From the NCBI RefSeq assembly GCF_008065095.1, contig NZ_CP042911.1, positions 5,190,001 to 5,222,000 on the forward strand: a stretch of 32,000 nucleotides of DNA, read 5' to 3'. A program made the position numbers and the translations under genes. Each line of letters begins with the position of its first letter. Position 1 is the first letter of the stretch. This stretch comes from Gemmata obscuriglobus (lineage in GTDB: Bacteria; Planctomycetota; Planctomycetia; Gemmatales; Gemmataceae). Shown in pieces: positions 7,055-15,248 of this stretch. The notes beneath the pieces are model-generated. The model worked only from the letters and a program-made list of their open reading frames with translations, was not told the origin of the DNA and did not search any database.

Positions 7055-7450
7055 GTCCGCGGCGCTCCCCGCGCGTGAGAACGGCTGAAATGCCCGATCC
7101 GCAACCCGGATCTGTATCAGCCCGGTCGTTCCAAGCACCTCGATCAGCCCGTCACGTATCTCCGGCGGCCGGCCTTCCAAGAGTCGCATGATCGCCATGT
7201 TCGGGCCGGACGTGCTGACGGATTCGACGCACCCGGTCACACGGTCCACAACCGCCATATTGATCCCGCCAGCGAGCCAGTGGTCGGAAGGAACCTGCGT
7301 CGAGTCAGCGGGGTGGTAAGCCAGCATCCAGCCCCACTCATACTCCCGCGTCTGGTGTTCGTCGACGACCAGCCCGACACCGAGTTCGGACTCCCAGAGC
7401 CCGGACCAGCGGTCGATTACCAGCCGCTTCGCGTCTTCGTAGCTGACGAT
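7019..7450 (-). CDS. YrhB / Imm35-like protein, no canonical start codon
   Basis: The track ORF starts at ATG 7327, but the frame stays open and protein-like for 41 more codons (IVSYEDAKRLVIDRWSGLWESELGVGLVVDEHQTREYEWGW). These run up to an ATC that lies 6 nt after AGGAGG. Overall pattern (N-terminal ..SYE.A..., GW.L.Y, LAGG....VD..TG) resembles YrhB-type immunity proteins as I recall them. The stop is in the attC loop. Confidence 0.45.
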   Translation of the reverse strand: MVSYEDAKRLVIDRWSGLWESELGVGLVVDEHQTREYEWGWMLAYHPADSTQVPSDHWLAGGINMAVVDRVTGCVESVSTSGPNMAIMRLLEGRPPEIRDGLIEVLGTTGLIQIRVADRAFQPFSRAGSAADAEPGAAPDTAR

Positions 7451-7476
7451 TACCAGCCTCCTTCGCTTCTCTTCCC

Positions 7477-7567
7477 GCCGAACATAAAGCTCACCTGCAC
7501 CGCGGCGTCCCGAGTAGCAGTGCGTTCCAAGTCAGACGGCGGTGTCAGGTGCAGCGCCGGGTTCGGC
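7477..7567 (-). other. attC: attC recombination site (type A)
   Basis: 91 bp; arm variant CACCTGCACCGCG. Confidence 0.8.
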
Positions 7568-7578
7568 GCCTGCGGCAC

Positions 7579-8100
7579 TCACCAGAACCGCCACCAGCGT
7601 CGACGCGGGGCCGACCCAACGGCGGCCTCGAAGTCGGCCTCTAGCACCTTCACCAACCCGGGACGGCCGGCGGCTCCGATCGCATCCAGGGCGAACCCGA
7701 GCGCCTCCCGGGCCGGCCGTGCCGACTCACCCGCCGCGGCTTCCGCCGCCTTCGCCGCGTGCTCCGCCACCTTCGCGGCGAACGACGCGACCAGCGCCGC
7801 CTCGGGGCCGGCCGGGCCGGGGTCGTGCTCCGCCTCGTCGGGCTCCAGCGGCACCGGGTAGTGGTACGGGATCAGCGCCCGACCGGCCGCCGCAAGGGCA
7901 TCAATGTACGCCGCCCGCAGCCCGCCGCACGCCTGCCGCTCGGCCGCGGACTGCTCGGCCAGCGCGATGGCCCGGTCGACAGCTGCGACTCGGGTTGGGG
8001 CGGCATCCGGCCACGCCTCGGCGAACAGCGGCTGAACGCGGCGGGCGCACCGCACGGCAAAGGCCACCCGCAACCAGTGTGGCAGCCGTTCTGGGTCCAC
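7579..8100 (-). CDS. alanine-rich alpha-helical hypothetical protein (N-domain family shared with 24372..24863 and 8216..8908)
   Basis: The C-terminal 173 codons of chimeric track ORF 7579..8697, trimmed to GTG 8100 (GGAGGGGGG 6 nt upstream). Shares the block LRVAFAVRCARRV with LRLFAAGCVRRAW in 24372..24863. Confidence 0.5.
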   Translation of the reverse strand: MDPERLPHWLRVAFAVRCARRVQPLFAEAWPDAAPTRVAAVDRAIALAEQSAAERQACGGLRAAYIDALAAAGRALIPYHYPVPLEPDEAEHDPGPAGPEAALVASFAAKVAEHAAKAAEAAAGESARPAREALGFALDAIGAAGRPGLVKVLEADFEAAVGSAPRRRWWRFW

Positions 8101-8118
8101 CTCTATCCCCCCTCCGTC

Positions 8119-8209
8119 GCCGAACGAACAGCTCACCTGCACCGCCACCACCAGATGAGCGGTGCGTTCCAAGTCAGCGGGCGGTGTCAGGTGCAGCGCC
8201 GGGTTCGGC
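8119..8209 (-). other. attC: attC recombination site (type A)
   Basis: 91 bp; canonical type A boxes. Confidence 0.85.
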
Positions 8210-8215
8210 TCGATG

Positions 8216-8908
8216 CTACTCCTTGCCGAGTACCAAGTCCACCACCCAGCAGCCGCGAACGTGCGGGCCGGGGCCGCGGCAGTGGTCGAGGATGTCGTCG
8301 GAGTCACAGCCCGCGTCTTGAAGCGCGTCAGCGAGAATCGGCATGGTGCAGAACTCACGCGACTCGTACATCTGCCGAGCGAACGCCAACACCTTCTGTG
8401 TGCGCCATTCGGGATCGAGGTCGACGGGGTGGAATGGGTTGCCCAGAACTTCGCGGAGGATAGTTGCCCCGACCGCGTTGGCTTGCCTCCGGTAACACCG
8501 TCCCGCCTCAGTTTGCGCCTCGTCCTCATCATCGTCTTGGGTGGGGTGTAACTCCCACCATTGATCCGCGAGTCGGTCTTGCATGAACGAAACCACCCTT
8601 GCGACAGTTTCCGAGCCGTACCTGCCATGATCGGGTGGCCAGCAGACCTCGAACGGGAACGTGCCTGGGATTTCATCGGCCTTGTCGGCGTACGCACGCA
8701 CCTGAACGGCGAAGCTCGGATCGTCGGCGAAGGCTTCCGCGAGATCGAGAAGCCGAGATTCTTGGTCGCTGAAGGTGCCGCTGCGAATCAACCGGTAGAT
8801 GCCACACCCAGCCAAGCGGTACTTGCGAGACGAGTATTTCCCGGTCTCCCACAGGTAGTTCTTCATCGGCCAAATGTCATCCGCGGACAACCACTCCGCT
8901 TCGGTCAC
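8216..8908 (-). CDS. conserved hypothetical protein with C-terminal ...LADALQDAGC...HCRGPGPHVRGCWVVDLVLGK motif
   Basis: Track ORF 8216..8974 trimmed to GTG 8908 (GGAGG 6 nt upstream). I recall the C-terminal motif from hypothetical proteins of Planctomycetes and Myxobacteria. A truncated homologue lies at 30255..30443. Confidence 0.65.
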   Translation of the reverse strand: MTEAEWLSADDIWPMKNYLWETGKYSSRKYRLAGCGIYRLIRSGTFSDQESRLLDLAEAFADDPSFAVQVRAYADKADEIPGTFPFEVCWPPDHGRYGSETVARVVSFMQDRLADQWWELHPTQDDDEDEAQTEAGRCYRRQANAVGATILREVLGNPFHPVDLDPEWRTQKVLAFARQMYESREFCTMPILADALQDAGCDSDDILDHCRGPGPHVRGCWVVDLVLGKE

Positions 8909-8923
8909 AGTGCGCCTCCGGTG

Positions 8924-9015
8924 GCCGAACATAAAGCTCACCTGCACCGCCCCCTGCCAAGGGAGCGATGCCATCCAAGCTACATGGCGGTGTCAGGTGC
9001 AGCGCCGGGTTCGGC
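8924..9015 (-). other. attC: attC recombination site (type A)
   Basis: 92 bp (34-nt loop); canonical boxes. Confidence 0.85.
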
Positions 9016-9021
9016 GTGCCT

Positions 9022-9366
9022 TTACTCCGCGCACAGGAAACCCGCGGCCTGCCACGCCGCAAAGCTCTGGGCTACTGGCTCAAAGCAGTCCGGCGTCATT
9101 GCCCCCATGCCGACGCTGTGGACCTGCCCGTCCGCGAGCGACAGCACGAGCGCGACCCCGCCGCTGTTGTCGCCGATCATCAGGTGCCCTGGGCAGTACG
9201 CCCGCGACTCGTGGGTGTCATTCCGCTCCATCACGGCGGTGCGACCGTACACCAGCGTCCGCCCATTGGCCGCGAGGAACGACACGGCGGTGCCCGCTAG
9301 GAAGGAACGGTACGGCTCCGGCAGCGGTCGCCCGAGCCATGTCTCGACCTCTTCCAGCGACTGCAC
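9022..9366 (-). CDS. SMI1/KNR4 (SUKH)-like protein
   Basis: Track ORF 9022..9417 trimmed to GTG 9366 (GGAGGG 8 nt upstream). LEEVETWLGRPLPEPYRSFLAG and HLMIGDNSGGVALVL fit the SUKH pattern. Confidence 0.6.
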   Translation of the reverse strand: MQSLEEVETWLGRPLPEPYRSFLAGTAVSFLAANGRTLVYGRTAVMERNDTHESRAYCPGHLMIGDNSGGVALVLSLADGQVHSVGMGAMTPDCFEPVAQSFAAWQAAGFLCAE

Positions 9367-9384
9367 GCCCTGCGCCCTCCGGTG

Positions 9385-9475
9385 GCCGAACAAATAGCTC
9401 ACCTGCACCGCCATCACCGGATGAGCAGTGCGTCACAAATTAGATGGCGGTGTCAGGTGCAGCGTCGGGTTCGGC
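9385..9475 (-). other. attC: attC recombination site (type A)
   Basis: 91 bp; spacer variant CAGCGTCGG. Confidence 0.85.
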
Positions 9476-9931
9476 GTGCCTCTGCTCCGGAGGCAGCCCG
9501 CCCTGATGCCGGATGAACGCCAGTCCCGTGGGATCGTAGTACCCCGGCGCGTGGACGCTCACGCTGTCGAACGTGAAGCCCTGGTCGCCGTCCTCGTCCG
9601 ACACGCAACTCCGCCACAGGCCCATGCGCAGATCGGGGAAGTAGTACGAGTGCCGCCCTGGCCGGTACACTTCTGGCGCCAACCCGAGCCGCTCGGCGAT
9701 CTCGGCGATGACCTCGTCGGCCCCGGCCTCGAACAGGTCGATGCCCTCGAACGATCCCCAGTGCTTGGGCGATTCGACGAACGCCACCACCGGTGGATCA
9801 CCGCGGAAATCCACCCGGATGTCGCGATCCTGGTCGAGCAGGGGTTGTACTTCCGCGCGGGTCATGCCCAGCCGCACCATGCCGGCGAGCGACCGGATGC
9901 CGATGTGCGGGACCACCTCATCCGCTGCCAT
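9440..9931 (-). CDS. hypothetical cassette protein
   Basis: 163-aa track ORF. ATG 9931 lies 5 nt after AGAGGG and 14 nt after the attC. The stop is in the attC loop. Confidence 0.65.
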   Translation of the reverse strand: MAADEVVPHIGIRSLAGMVRLGMTRAEVQPLLDQDRDIRVDFRGDPPVVAFVESPKHWGSFEGIDLFEAGADEVIAEIAERLGLAPEVYRPGRHSYYFPDLRMGLWRSCVSDEDGDQGFTFDSVSVHAPGYYDPTGLAFIRHQGGLPPEQRHAEPDAAPDTAI

Positions 9932-9945
9932 CAGCGCCCTCTGTT

Positions 9946-10036
9946 GCCGAACATACAGCTCACCTGCACCGCCATCACCGGATGAGCGGTGCGTTCCGAA
10001 TCAGATGGCGGTGTCAGGTGCAGCGCCGGGTTCGGC
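9946..10036 (-). other. attC: attC recombination site (type A)
   Basis: 91 bp; canonical type A boxes. Confidence 0.85.
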
Positions 10037-10124
10037 TCGCCTTGCTCGGGACTGAATCGGCCGCGCCCCGTCAGCAGAGCCGCCAAATGAGGCAAGCGAC
10101 ACCGCCGGTCAACGTTACGCCGGG

Positions 10125-10535
10125 TTAGGACTCTGCTTGGCTCCACTCAGCCAGCGCCGCCCCGGCACGCCGCAACTCCGCCCGCACGACGCTCAGCGTG
10201 GCGTCCGTTTGCCAGCAGCAGGCGTCGTCGGAGGTCGAGCCCATGTACACGCCGAGCAGCACCCGGCCGTCGTCCCCGGCCTCGGCCCGTAGGGTAAAGT
10301 CCTCCCCGCTCGCCGTCCACTGCCGCTCGCGGCCGGCGGCGACACCCGCCGCCGATATGAGGAAGTCGCCGAGCTGTCCCATCCCAGGGAAGGCGGGCTC
10401 GGCGTCGGGATCAACGGACACGGCGGCCTCGAACGCCGTTCCGCGGAGCCACGCCACCAGTACGCCCGGCAGGTCTGGGTCGGGCGACAGCGACAGCGAC
10501 ATACCCGCCGCCTCAGCGATAGTGACGACCGCCAC
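10125..10535 (-). CDS. hypothetical cassette protein
   Basis: Track ORF 10125..10541. The second in-frame GTG (10535) is preferred because the first overlaps the GGAGG. An unusually long 88-nt gap separates the stop from the attC. Confidence 0.5.
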   Translation of the reverse strand: MAVVTIAEAAGMSLSLSPDPDLPGVLVAWLRGTAFEAAVSVDPDAEPAFPGMGQLGDFLISAAGVAAGRERQWTASGEDFTLRAEAGDDGRVLLGVYMGSTSDDACCWQTDATLSVVRAELRRAGAALAEWSQAES

Positions 10536-10558
10536 GAGCACCTCCGGGTGCCTTTGGT

Positions 10559-10649
10559 GCCGAACAATAAGCTCACCTGCACCGCCATCTCCGGATGAGC
10601 AATGCGTCCCGAATCAGATGGCGGTGTCAGGTGCAGCGCCGGGTTCGGC
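10559..10649 (-). other. attC: attC recombination site (type A)
   Basis: 91 bp; canonical boxes. Its right arm is also part of the extra hairpin 10630..10670. Confidence 0.85.
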
Positions 10650-11072
10650 AGCTGAGCCCGGCGCTGCACCCACCACCGGAGACGGCTCAGCGCCGTCCCG
10701 CTCCAACGACTGGGAGCCGCGACGGTGCTCGAGCACGAACTCGTCCAGATCGACCGCGGCGAACTCGTCGCTCTTGCTGACCAACTCCCGGAGGTACGCG
10801 AGGGATGCCCGGAAGGTTTCGGCGGCGGATGCCCCGGCAACAATTCCCGGGGCGCCCAGGTTGAACGCGCACACGTTCCGCTTGCCGTACTTGAGCGCCC
10901 AGTGCAGGAAGATCTCGCGGCTCACCTCGGCCGCGCCCGGGATGCCGCACAGGTCGAGGGCGACGCGGAGGTCTTGCAACAGGTACTCGCCGCCGTAGGG
11001 GCAGTAGATCAGCGGGGACACCTGGCCGTCGTTGTCGCGGCTGAAGAACGCCACGTTGACCGGATGCCCCAC
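10614..11072 (-). CDS. hypothetical cassette protein
   Basis: Track ORF 10614..11192 trimmed to GTG 11072 (AGAGGGGG 7 nt upstream). The stop is in the attC loop. Confidence 0.55.
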   Translation of the reverse strand: MGHPVNVAFFSRDNDGQVSPLIYCPYGGEYLLQDLRVALDLCGIPGAAEVSREIFLHWALKYGKRNVCAFNLGAPGIVAGASAAETFRASLAYLRELVSKSDEFAAVDLDEFVLEHRRGSQSLERDGAEPSPVVGAAPGSAAEPGAAPDTAI

Positions 11073-11090
11073 CGCTGCGCCCCCTCTGTG

Positions 11091-11181
11091 GCCGAACATA
11101 AAGCTCACCTGCACCGCCATCACCGGATGAGCGATGCGTCCCGAATCAGACGGCGGTGTCAGGTGCAGCGCCGGGTTCGGC
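11091..11181 (-). other. attC: attC recombination site (type A)
   Basis: 91 bp; canonical type A boxes. Confidence 0.85.
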
Positions 11182-11430
11182 TTGCTCGGCAACCCGCGCC
11201 CTGCATTCGGCGAGCGCCCGGAGCGTGGACTCCCTGGCGAACTCGTTGAAGGACTCCACGCCCAGCCCCCAGTTCTCCAGCGCGACCAAGTTGTCAGGGC
11301 GGGTCAGTCGCTCCCAGACAGCGTGGACCGCCGGGTTCTGCGACTCCCACGGCAGGCACATGAACTCCCGCAACAGCAGGCGGTCGAGGTCGCACCACAA
11401 GGGCAAGAGCGGATTCGCCGACCTACCCAT
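11146..11430 (-). CDS. small hypothetical cassette protein
   Basis: Track ORF 11146..11478 trimmed to ATG 11430 (GGAG 7 nt upstream). 94 aa. The stop is in the attC loop. Confidence 0.5.
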   Translation of the reverse strand: MGRSANPLLPLWCDLDRLLLREFMCLPWESQNPAVHAVWERLTRPDNLVALENWGLGVESFNEFARESTLRALAECRARVAEQAEPGAAPDTAV

Positions 11431-11445
11431 CGGTGCGCTCCGGTG

Positions 11446-11535
11446 GCCGAACGAACAGCTCACCTGCACCGCCACCACCGGATGAGCGATGCGTCCAAAT
11501 CAGCCGGCGGTGTCAGGTGCAGCGCCGGGTTCGGC
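11446..11535 (-). other. attC: attC recombination site (type A)
   Basis: 90 bp; canonical boxes; 32-nt loop. Confidence 0.85.
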
Positions 11536-12060
11536 CGGCTTGTGAGCCTCCCAGGACACCCACATGACAGGTCGAGCGCCGACAGAAGCGAAGTGCAGCT
11601 CCGGGTCGTCGGACTGCACCAGCCCCAGCAGTCGCCGGCCATACAGCCGATGCACCCAAGAGGCGTTGGCGATCACGTCCAGCACGTCCCACGCCCGCAC
11701 ACCCGGCCGTCGGGCGAACTGATCGAACCGCCACAGCACCAACGCCACGCCGCCCGCCTCCGGGATGTCGATGTCACCGAGACAGTCGTTGAGTGCGTTC
11801 AGGTTGCGGCCGTAGTAGCCGGGGAACTCCAGCCGGGCGGCGACCTCCCGATGCATGTCGGCCTCGGACGCCCACTCGCCGCAATCGAACGCCGGGCAGC
11901 GGTAGCCGTAGGACTCCAGCGCGGCGACGTGCCGCCGCAACCGCTCGGCAGGACCGTACAGGGCGACCGGGCCGTTCAGCAGCACCTGCCGATCCACCCG
12001 TAGCACATCGTCCGGGTGGACGCAGTGGGGGTTGGCCGGATCAGTTCGGAAGCTGCCCAC
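11500..12060 (-). CDS. barstar-like ribonuclease inhibitor domain protein
   Basis: The C-terminal 186 codons of chimeric track ORF 11500..12525, trimmed to GTG 12060 (GAGGG 8 nt upstream). DMHREVAARLEFPGYYGRNLNALNDCL...VALVLWRFDQF aligns by eye with barstar [27 protein letters not shown]...LVLEWRQFEQ. Confidence 0.75.
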   Translation of the reverse strand: MGSFRTDPANPHCVHPDDVLRVDRQVLLNGPVALYGPAERLRRHVAALESYGYRCPAFDCGEWASEADMHREVAARLEFPGYYGRNLNALNDCLGDIDIPEAGGVALVLWRFDQFARRPGVRAWDVLDVIANASWVHRLYGRRLLGLVQSDDPELHFASVGARPVMWVSWEAHKPAEPGAAPDTAG

Positions 12061-12078
12061 CCGTTTCGCCCTCTGGGT

Positions 12079-12168
12079 GCCGAACAGAAAGCTCACCTGC
12101 ACCGCCAAGATACAGTGAGCACTACAACGGCGGCGGATGGCGGTGTCAGGTGCAGCGCCGGGTTCGGC
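12079..12168 (-). other. attC: attC recombination site (type A, loop subtype 2)
   Basis: 90 bp. Loop AAGATACAGTGAGCACTACAACGGCGG... Confidence 0.85.
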
Positions 12169-12501
12169 TTCTGCGCGGGCCGTTGCGGTTCCGCGGAGCC
12201 CGCGCTCGTACCGCGCATCCGCGGAGCCACCACCGACCCGCACCACCGTGTCGCGGCCCACCGGTGGCCGCCCAACACCGCACCTCGCGGCGATGAGCCG
12301 CGCCGACCACCCACCGGCACCACGCGGAGCACCACCGACCCGCACCACCGTGTCCCCACCCACACCGGGCCACGACCACCCGCACCTCGCGGCGGTGAGC
12401 CGCGCCCACCCCGACCGGCACCACGCGGAGCCCGACGCGCGGGGTTTACCACCGCGGACCACATGCCCACCGCCGCACGCGCGCTCATGCACGCGATGGT
12501 T
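12169..12501 (-). repeat. ORF-less repetitive cassette, R family, 2 units
   Basis: 333 bp; TTCTGCGC-type head; two units; R tail. Confidence 0.75.
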
Positions 12502-12591
12502 GCCGAACGAACAGCTCACCTGCACCGCCCGTCCCGATGAGCGGTGCGTCCCAAGTCAGCCGGCGGTGTCAGGTGCAGCGCCGGGTTCGGC
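12502..12591 (-). other. attC: attC recombination site (type A)
   Basis: 90 bp; canonical boxes. Confidence 0.85.
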
Positions 12592-12599
12592 ATTACCAC

Positions 12600-13046
12600 C
12601 TACGCGGTCGTGGACCAACAGAACGCCACGAACATCTCATCCAACTCTGCTACAGCCGCCACATCGTACCACTCAGCGTACATCCGCAGCCCCGACCGGA
12701 ACCCACTCAGATCGGCGATGTATGGTGGCAGTGGGCTACGGAGCCCGCTGCTGTACTCCGTCACTAATCGGATGCACTCGGCCTCGGTGATCGGCTCGCA
12801 TAGCCCCCCCTCTGCGTATGGCACGAGGTAATCTTCACGTCCCGACCAGTCTTGCGCCTGCAAAGCCTTCACCCAGAATAGCAGGTCGCTGGTAAAGTCC
12901 CGCTTCCACCCGCGGAACACCCAGATGGACTCCTCGCAATCCGGCGTGATGAAGTCACGGCTTGGGAAGTAGGCAACCTCCAGCGGCGGCGAATCGGCGA
13001 CCGCAAGGCCGGGAAACGTGGCGATCAGCTCCTGCCGGGTGAACAC
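12600..13046 (-). CDS. hypothetical cassette protein
   Basis: Track ORF 12600..13118 trimmed to GTG 13046 (GAGG 9 nt upstream). 148 aa with balanced composition. Confidence 0.6.
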   Translation of the reverse strand: MFTRQELIATFPGLAVADSPPLEVAYFPSRDFITPDCEESIWVFRGWKRDFTSDLLFWVKALQAQDWSGREDYLVPYAEGGLCEPITEAECIRLVTEYSSGLRSPLPPYIADLSGFRSGLRMYAEWYDVAAVAELDEMFVAFCWSTTA

Positions 13047-13064
13047 TACCCTGCGCCTCTGGGT

Positions 13065-13155
13065 GCCGAACGAACAGCTCACCTGCACCGCCATCACCGG
13101 ATGAGCGATGCGATCCAAACTACATGGCGGTGTCAGGTGCAGCGCCGGGTTCGGC
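13065..13155 (-). other. attC: attC recombination site (type A)
   Basis: 91 bp; identical to 14675..14765. Confidence 0.85.
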
Positions 13156-13162
13156 GTCTGGG

Positions 13163-13618
13163 CTACCCCCGCCAGACCACCTGCACGCCGGCAAGCTCGA
13201 TGCCGCCTGGCCCGGCGGCGAGTTGCCCGGCCTTGCGGTTAAGCAGGGCCGGCCCGAAGCACTCGCCGAACCCGACCCGCTCCCCGCAGTGCAGGAAGCT
13301 GACGTACGGCCAGCGGTAGAACGACCCCCGCACCTTCTCGGGGGCGTCTCGCCAGCCGAGCAACTGGCCGGGCCGGCCGCACTCCCGTACCCCGGCGTCC
13401 GTCACCTCCCACCACTGGAAGGTGCTGCCGTGGTCGAACTGCCCGCGCTCCAGGTCGCCGTCCGCGACTTGGTAGATGTACAGCGCGTCGAACGCGGCGA
13501 GGTCGGCGACGCGGACCCCGAATGAGTCGGCCACGTAGTCGAGGAAACGCGGCGTGCGGTGCCACGACCAGACGTCGGCCAGTGCCTCAGCGACCGAACG
13601 CGACGGCTGCGGCTCCAT
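13163..13618 (-). CDS. hypothetical cassette protein, 151 aa (copy 1 of 3)
   Basis: Complete track ORF with ATG 10 nt after GAGGG. Protein is identical to 14773..15228 and differs at one residue from 26322..26777. Confidence 0.65.
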   Translation of the reverse strand: MEPQPSRSVAEALADVWSWHRTPRFLDYVADSFGVRVADLAAFDALYIYQVADGDLERGQFDHGSTFQWWEVTDAGVRECGRPGQLLGWRDAPEKVRGSFYRWPYVSFLHCGERVGFGECFGPALLNRKAGQLAAGPGGIELAGVQVVWRG

Positions 13619-13638
13619 CGGTCGAGCGCCCTCGGGTG

Positions 13639-13729
13639 GCCGAACAAATAGCTCACCTGCACCGCCATCATCGGATGAGCGGCGCGTCCCAAATCAGATG
13701 GCGGTGTCAGGTGCAGCGCCGGGTTCGGC
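13639..13729 (-). other. attC: attC recombination site (type A)
   Basis: 91 bp; canonical type A boxes. Confidence 0.85.
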
Positions 13730-14063
13730 TCGCTCACATCCGCGCCGCGCATCCGCGGATGCCCGCCCACCGGTGCGACCGGGCGGAGCACCACCGAACC
13801 ACGGCGCCGTGTCCCGACACATCGGGGGCCACCCACCACCGCCACACGCGGCGATGAGCCGCGCCCGCAACCGATCGGTCTCAGCGGAGCACCACCGACC
13901 CGCACCACCGTGTCCCCATCCGCACCCGGCCACAACCACCGCAAGCTCGCGGCGAAGAGCCGCGCCAGCCCCAACCGGCACCACGCGAAGCCCGACGCGC
14001 GCGGTTCACCACCGCGGACCACACGCACACCGCCGCACGCGCGCCCTCATGCACGCGATGGTT
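13730..14063 (-). repeat. ORF-less repetitive cassette, R family, 2 units
   Basis: 334 bp. The left ~226 bp are identical to R cassette 6179..6515; the right part differs. Confidence 0.75.
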
Positions 14064-14154
14064 GCCGAACATAAAGCTCACCTGCACCGCCAGGATGCAG
14101 GATGCGGTGCGTCACAATATAGCGGGCGGTGTCAGGTGCAGCGCCGGGTTCGGC
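14064..14154 (-). other. attC: attC recombination site (type A)
   Basis: 91 bp; loop AGGATGCAGGATGCGGTGCG. Confidence 0.85.
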
Positions 14155-14189
14155 CTCTGGGCCATCCGCGCCACACAGCTGCCCCGCAC

Positions 14190-14660
14190 TCAGTCCCCAT
14201 CGTCCCACGCCTCGACCATCGCCCGCAAGGACCCAATCAGGTAGGCCGAGTAATTCGGCCCGAGCTCGTTGAACGGCGTCTCCCGGAACGGCATGTGGTA
14301 GATCACCGGATGCTCGCCGTCGGGACTCGTGCGGCTGAAGTCCAGGCAGACGAACCCGTCCTGGTCCGGCTCGACCACCAAGTAGTGTTCGGGCAACTGG
14401 CACCACGTGCGGGCGCGAGTCGTGTCGGACCACACGCAGCCCCCGCCGCCGACGATCTTGCCCTCGTAGACCCCCGACCAGGAGTTATCGACGATGCTAA
14501 ATCCGCCGAACCTAGCCAGAAACGCCCGGTAGCTCGGCGGCATCGGGCGGCCGAACACGCTCTCCAACTCGCGGATGGTGTCCTCGGCCGCCGGCCCGTT
14601 GACGTGCACGTGCGGTTCGAGTTCCCGCATCCGGTCGAGGAGAGCCGCGACCTCATCCAT
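14190..14660 (-). CDS. SMI1/KNR4 (SUKH) family protein
   Basis: 156-aa track ORF. The ATG lies 5 nt after AGAGGG. EDTIRELESVFGRPMPPSYRAFLARFGG is a textbook SMI1/KNR4 N-terminal block. Confidence 0.8.
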   Translation of the reverse strand: MDEVAALLDRMRELEPHVHVNGPAAEDTIRELESVFGRPMPPSYRAFLARFGGFSIVDNSWSGVYEGKIVGGGGCVWSDTTRARTWCQLPEHYLVVEPDQDGFVCLDFSRTSPDGEHPVIYHMPFRETPFNELGPNYSAYLIGSLRAMVEAWDDGD

Positions 14661-14674
14661 CCGCGCCCTCTGTG

Positions 14675-14765
14675 GCCGAACGAACAGCTCACCTGCACCG
14701 CCATCACCGGATGAGCGATGCGATCCAAACTACATGGCGGTGTCAGGTGCAGCGCCGGGTTCGGC
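14675..14765 (-). other. attC: attC recombination site (type A)
   Basis: 91 bp; identical to 13065..13155. Confidence 0.85.
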
Positions 14766-14772
14766 GTCTGGG

Positions 14773-15228
14773 CTACCCCCGCCAGACCACCTGCACGCCG
14801 GCAAGCTCGATGCCGCCTGGCCCGGCGGCGAGTTGCCCGGCCTTGCGGTTAAGCAGGGCCGGCCCGAAGCACTCGCCGAACCCGACCCGCTCCCCGCAGT
14901 GCAGGAAGCTGACGTACGGCCAGCGGTAGAACGACCCCCGCACCTTCTCGGGGGCGTCTCGCCAGCCGAGCAACTGGCCGGGCCGGCCGCACTCCCGTAC
15001 CCCGGCGTCCGTCACCTCCCACCACTGGAAGGTGCTGCCGTGGTCGAACTGCCCGCGCTCCAGGTCGCCGTCCGCGACTTGGTAGATGTACAGCGCGTCG
15101 AACGCGGCGAGGTCGGCGACGCGGACCCCGAATGAGTCGGCCACGTAGTCGAGGAAACGCGGCGTGCGGTGCCACGACCAGACGTCGGCCAGTGCCTCAG
15201 CGACCGAACGCGACGGCTGCGGCTCCAT
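14773..15228 (-). CDS. hypothetical cassette protein, 151 aa (copy 2 of 3)
   Basis: Identical translation to 13163..13618. Confidence 0.65.
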   Translation of the reverse strand: MEPQPSRSVAEALADVWSWHRTPRFLDYVADSFGVRVADLAAFDALYIYQVADGDLERGQFDHGSTFQWWEVTDAGVRECGRPGQLLGWRDAPEKVRGSFYRWPYVSFLHCGERVGFGECFGPALLNRKAGQLAAGPGGIELAGVQVVWRG

Positions 15229-15248
15229 CGGTCGAGCGCCCTCGGGTG

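Noticed and set aside
13554-14714. Long + strand track ORFs, for example 13554..14714 (386 aa), 23047..24285 (412 aa), 18448..19530 (360 aa), 19041..20057, 17745..18761 and 30611..31552.
   Set aside because: All are antisense to well-supported - strand genes or run through R cassettes and attC sites. They are Arg/Pro/Ala/Ser/Thr-rich low-complexity translations typical of wrong-frame high-GC DNA. None has a start/SD arrangement relative to cassette boundaries.
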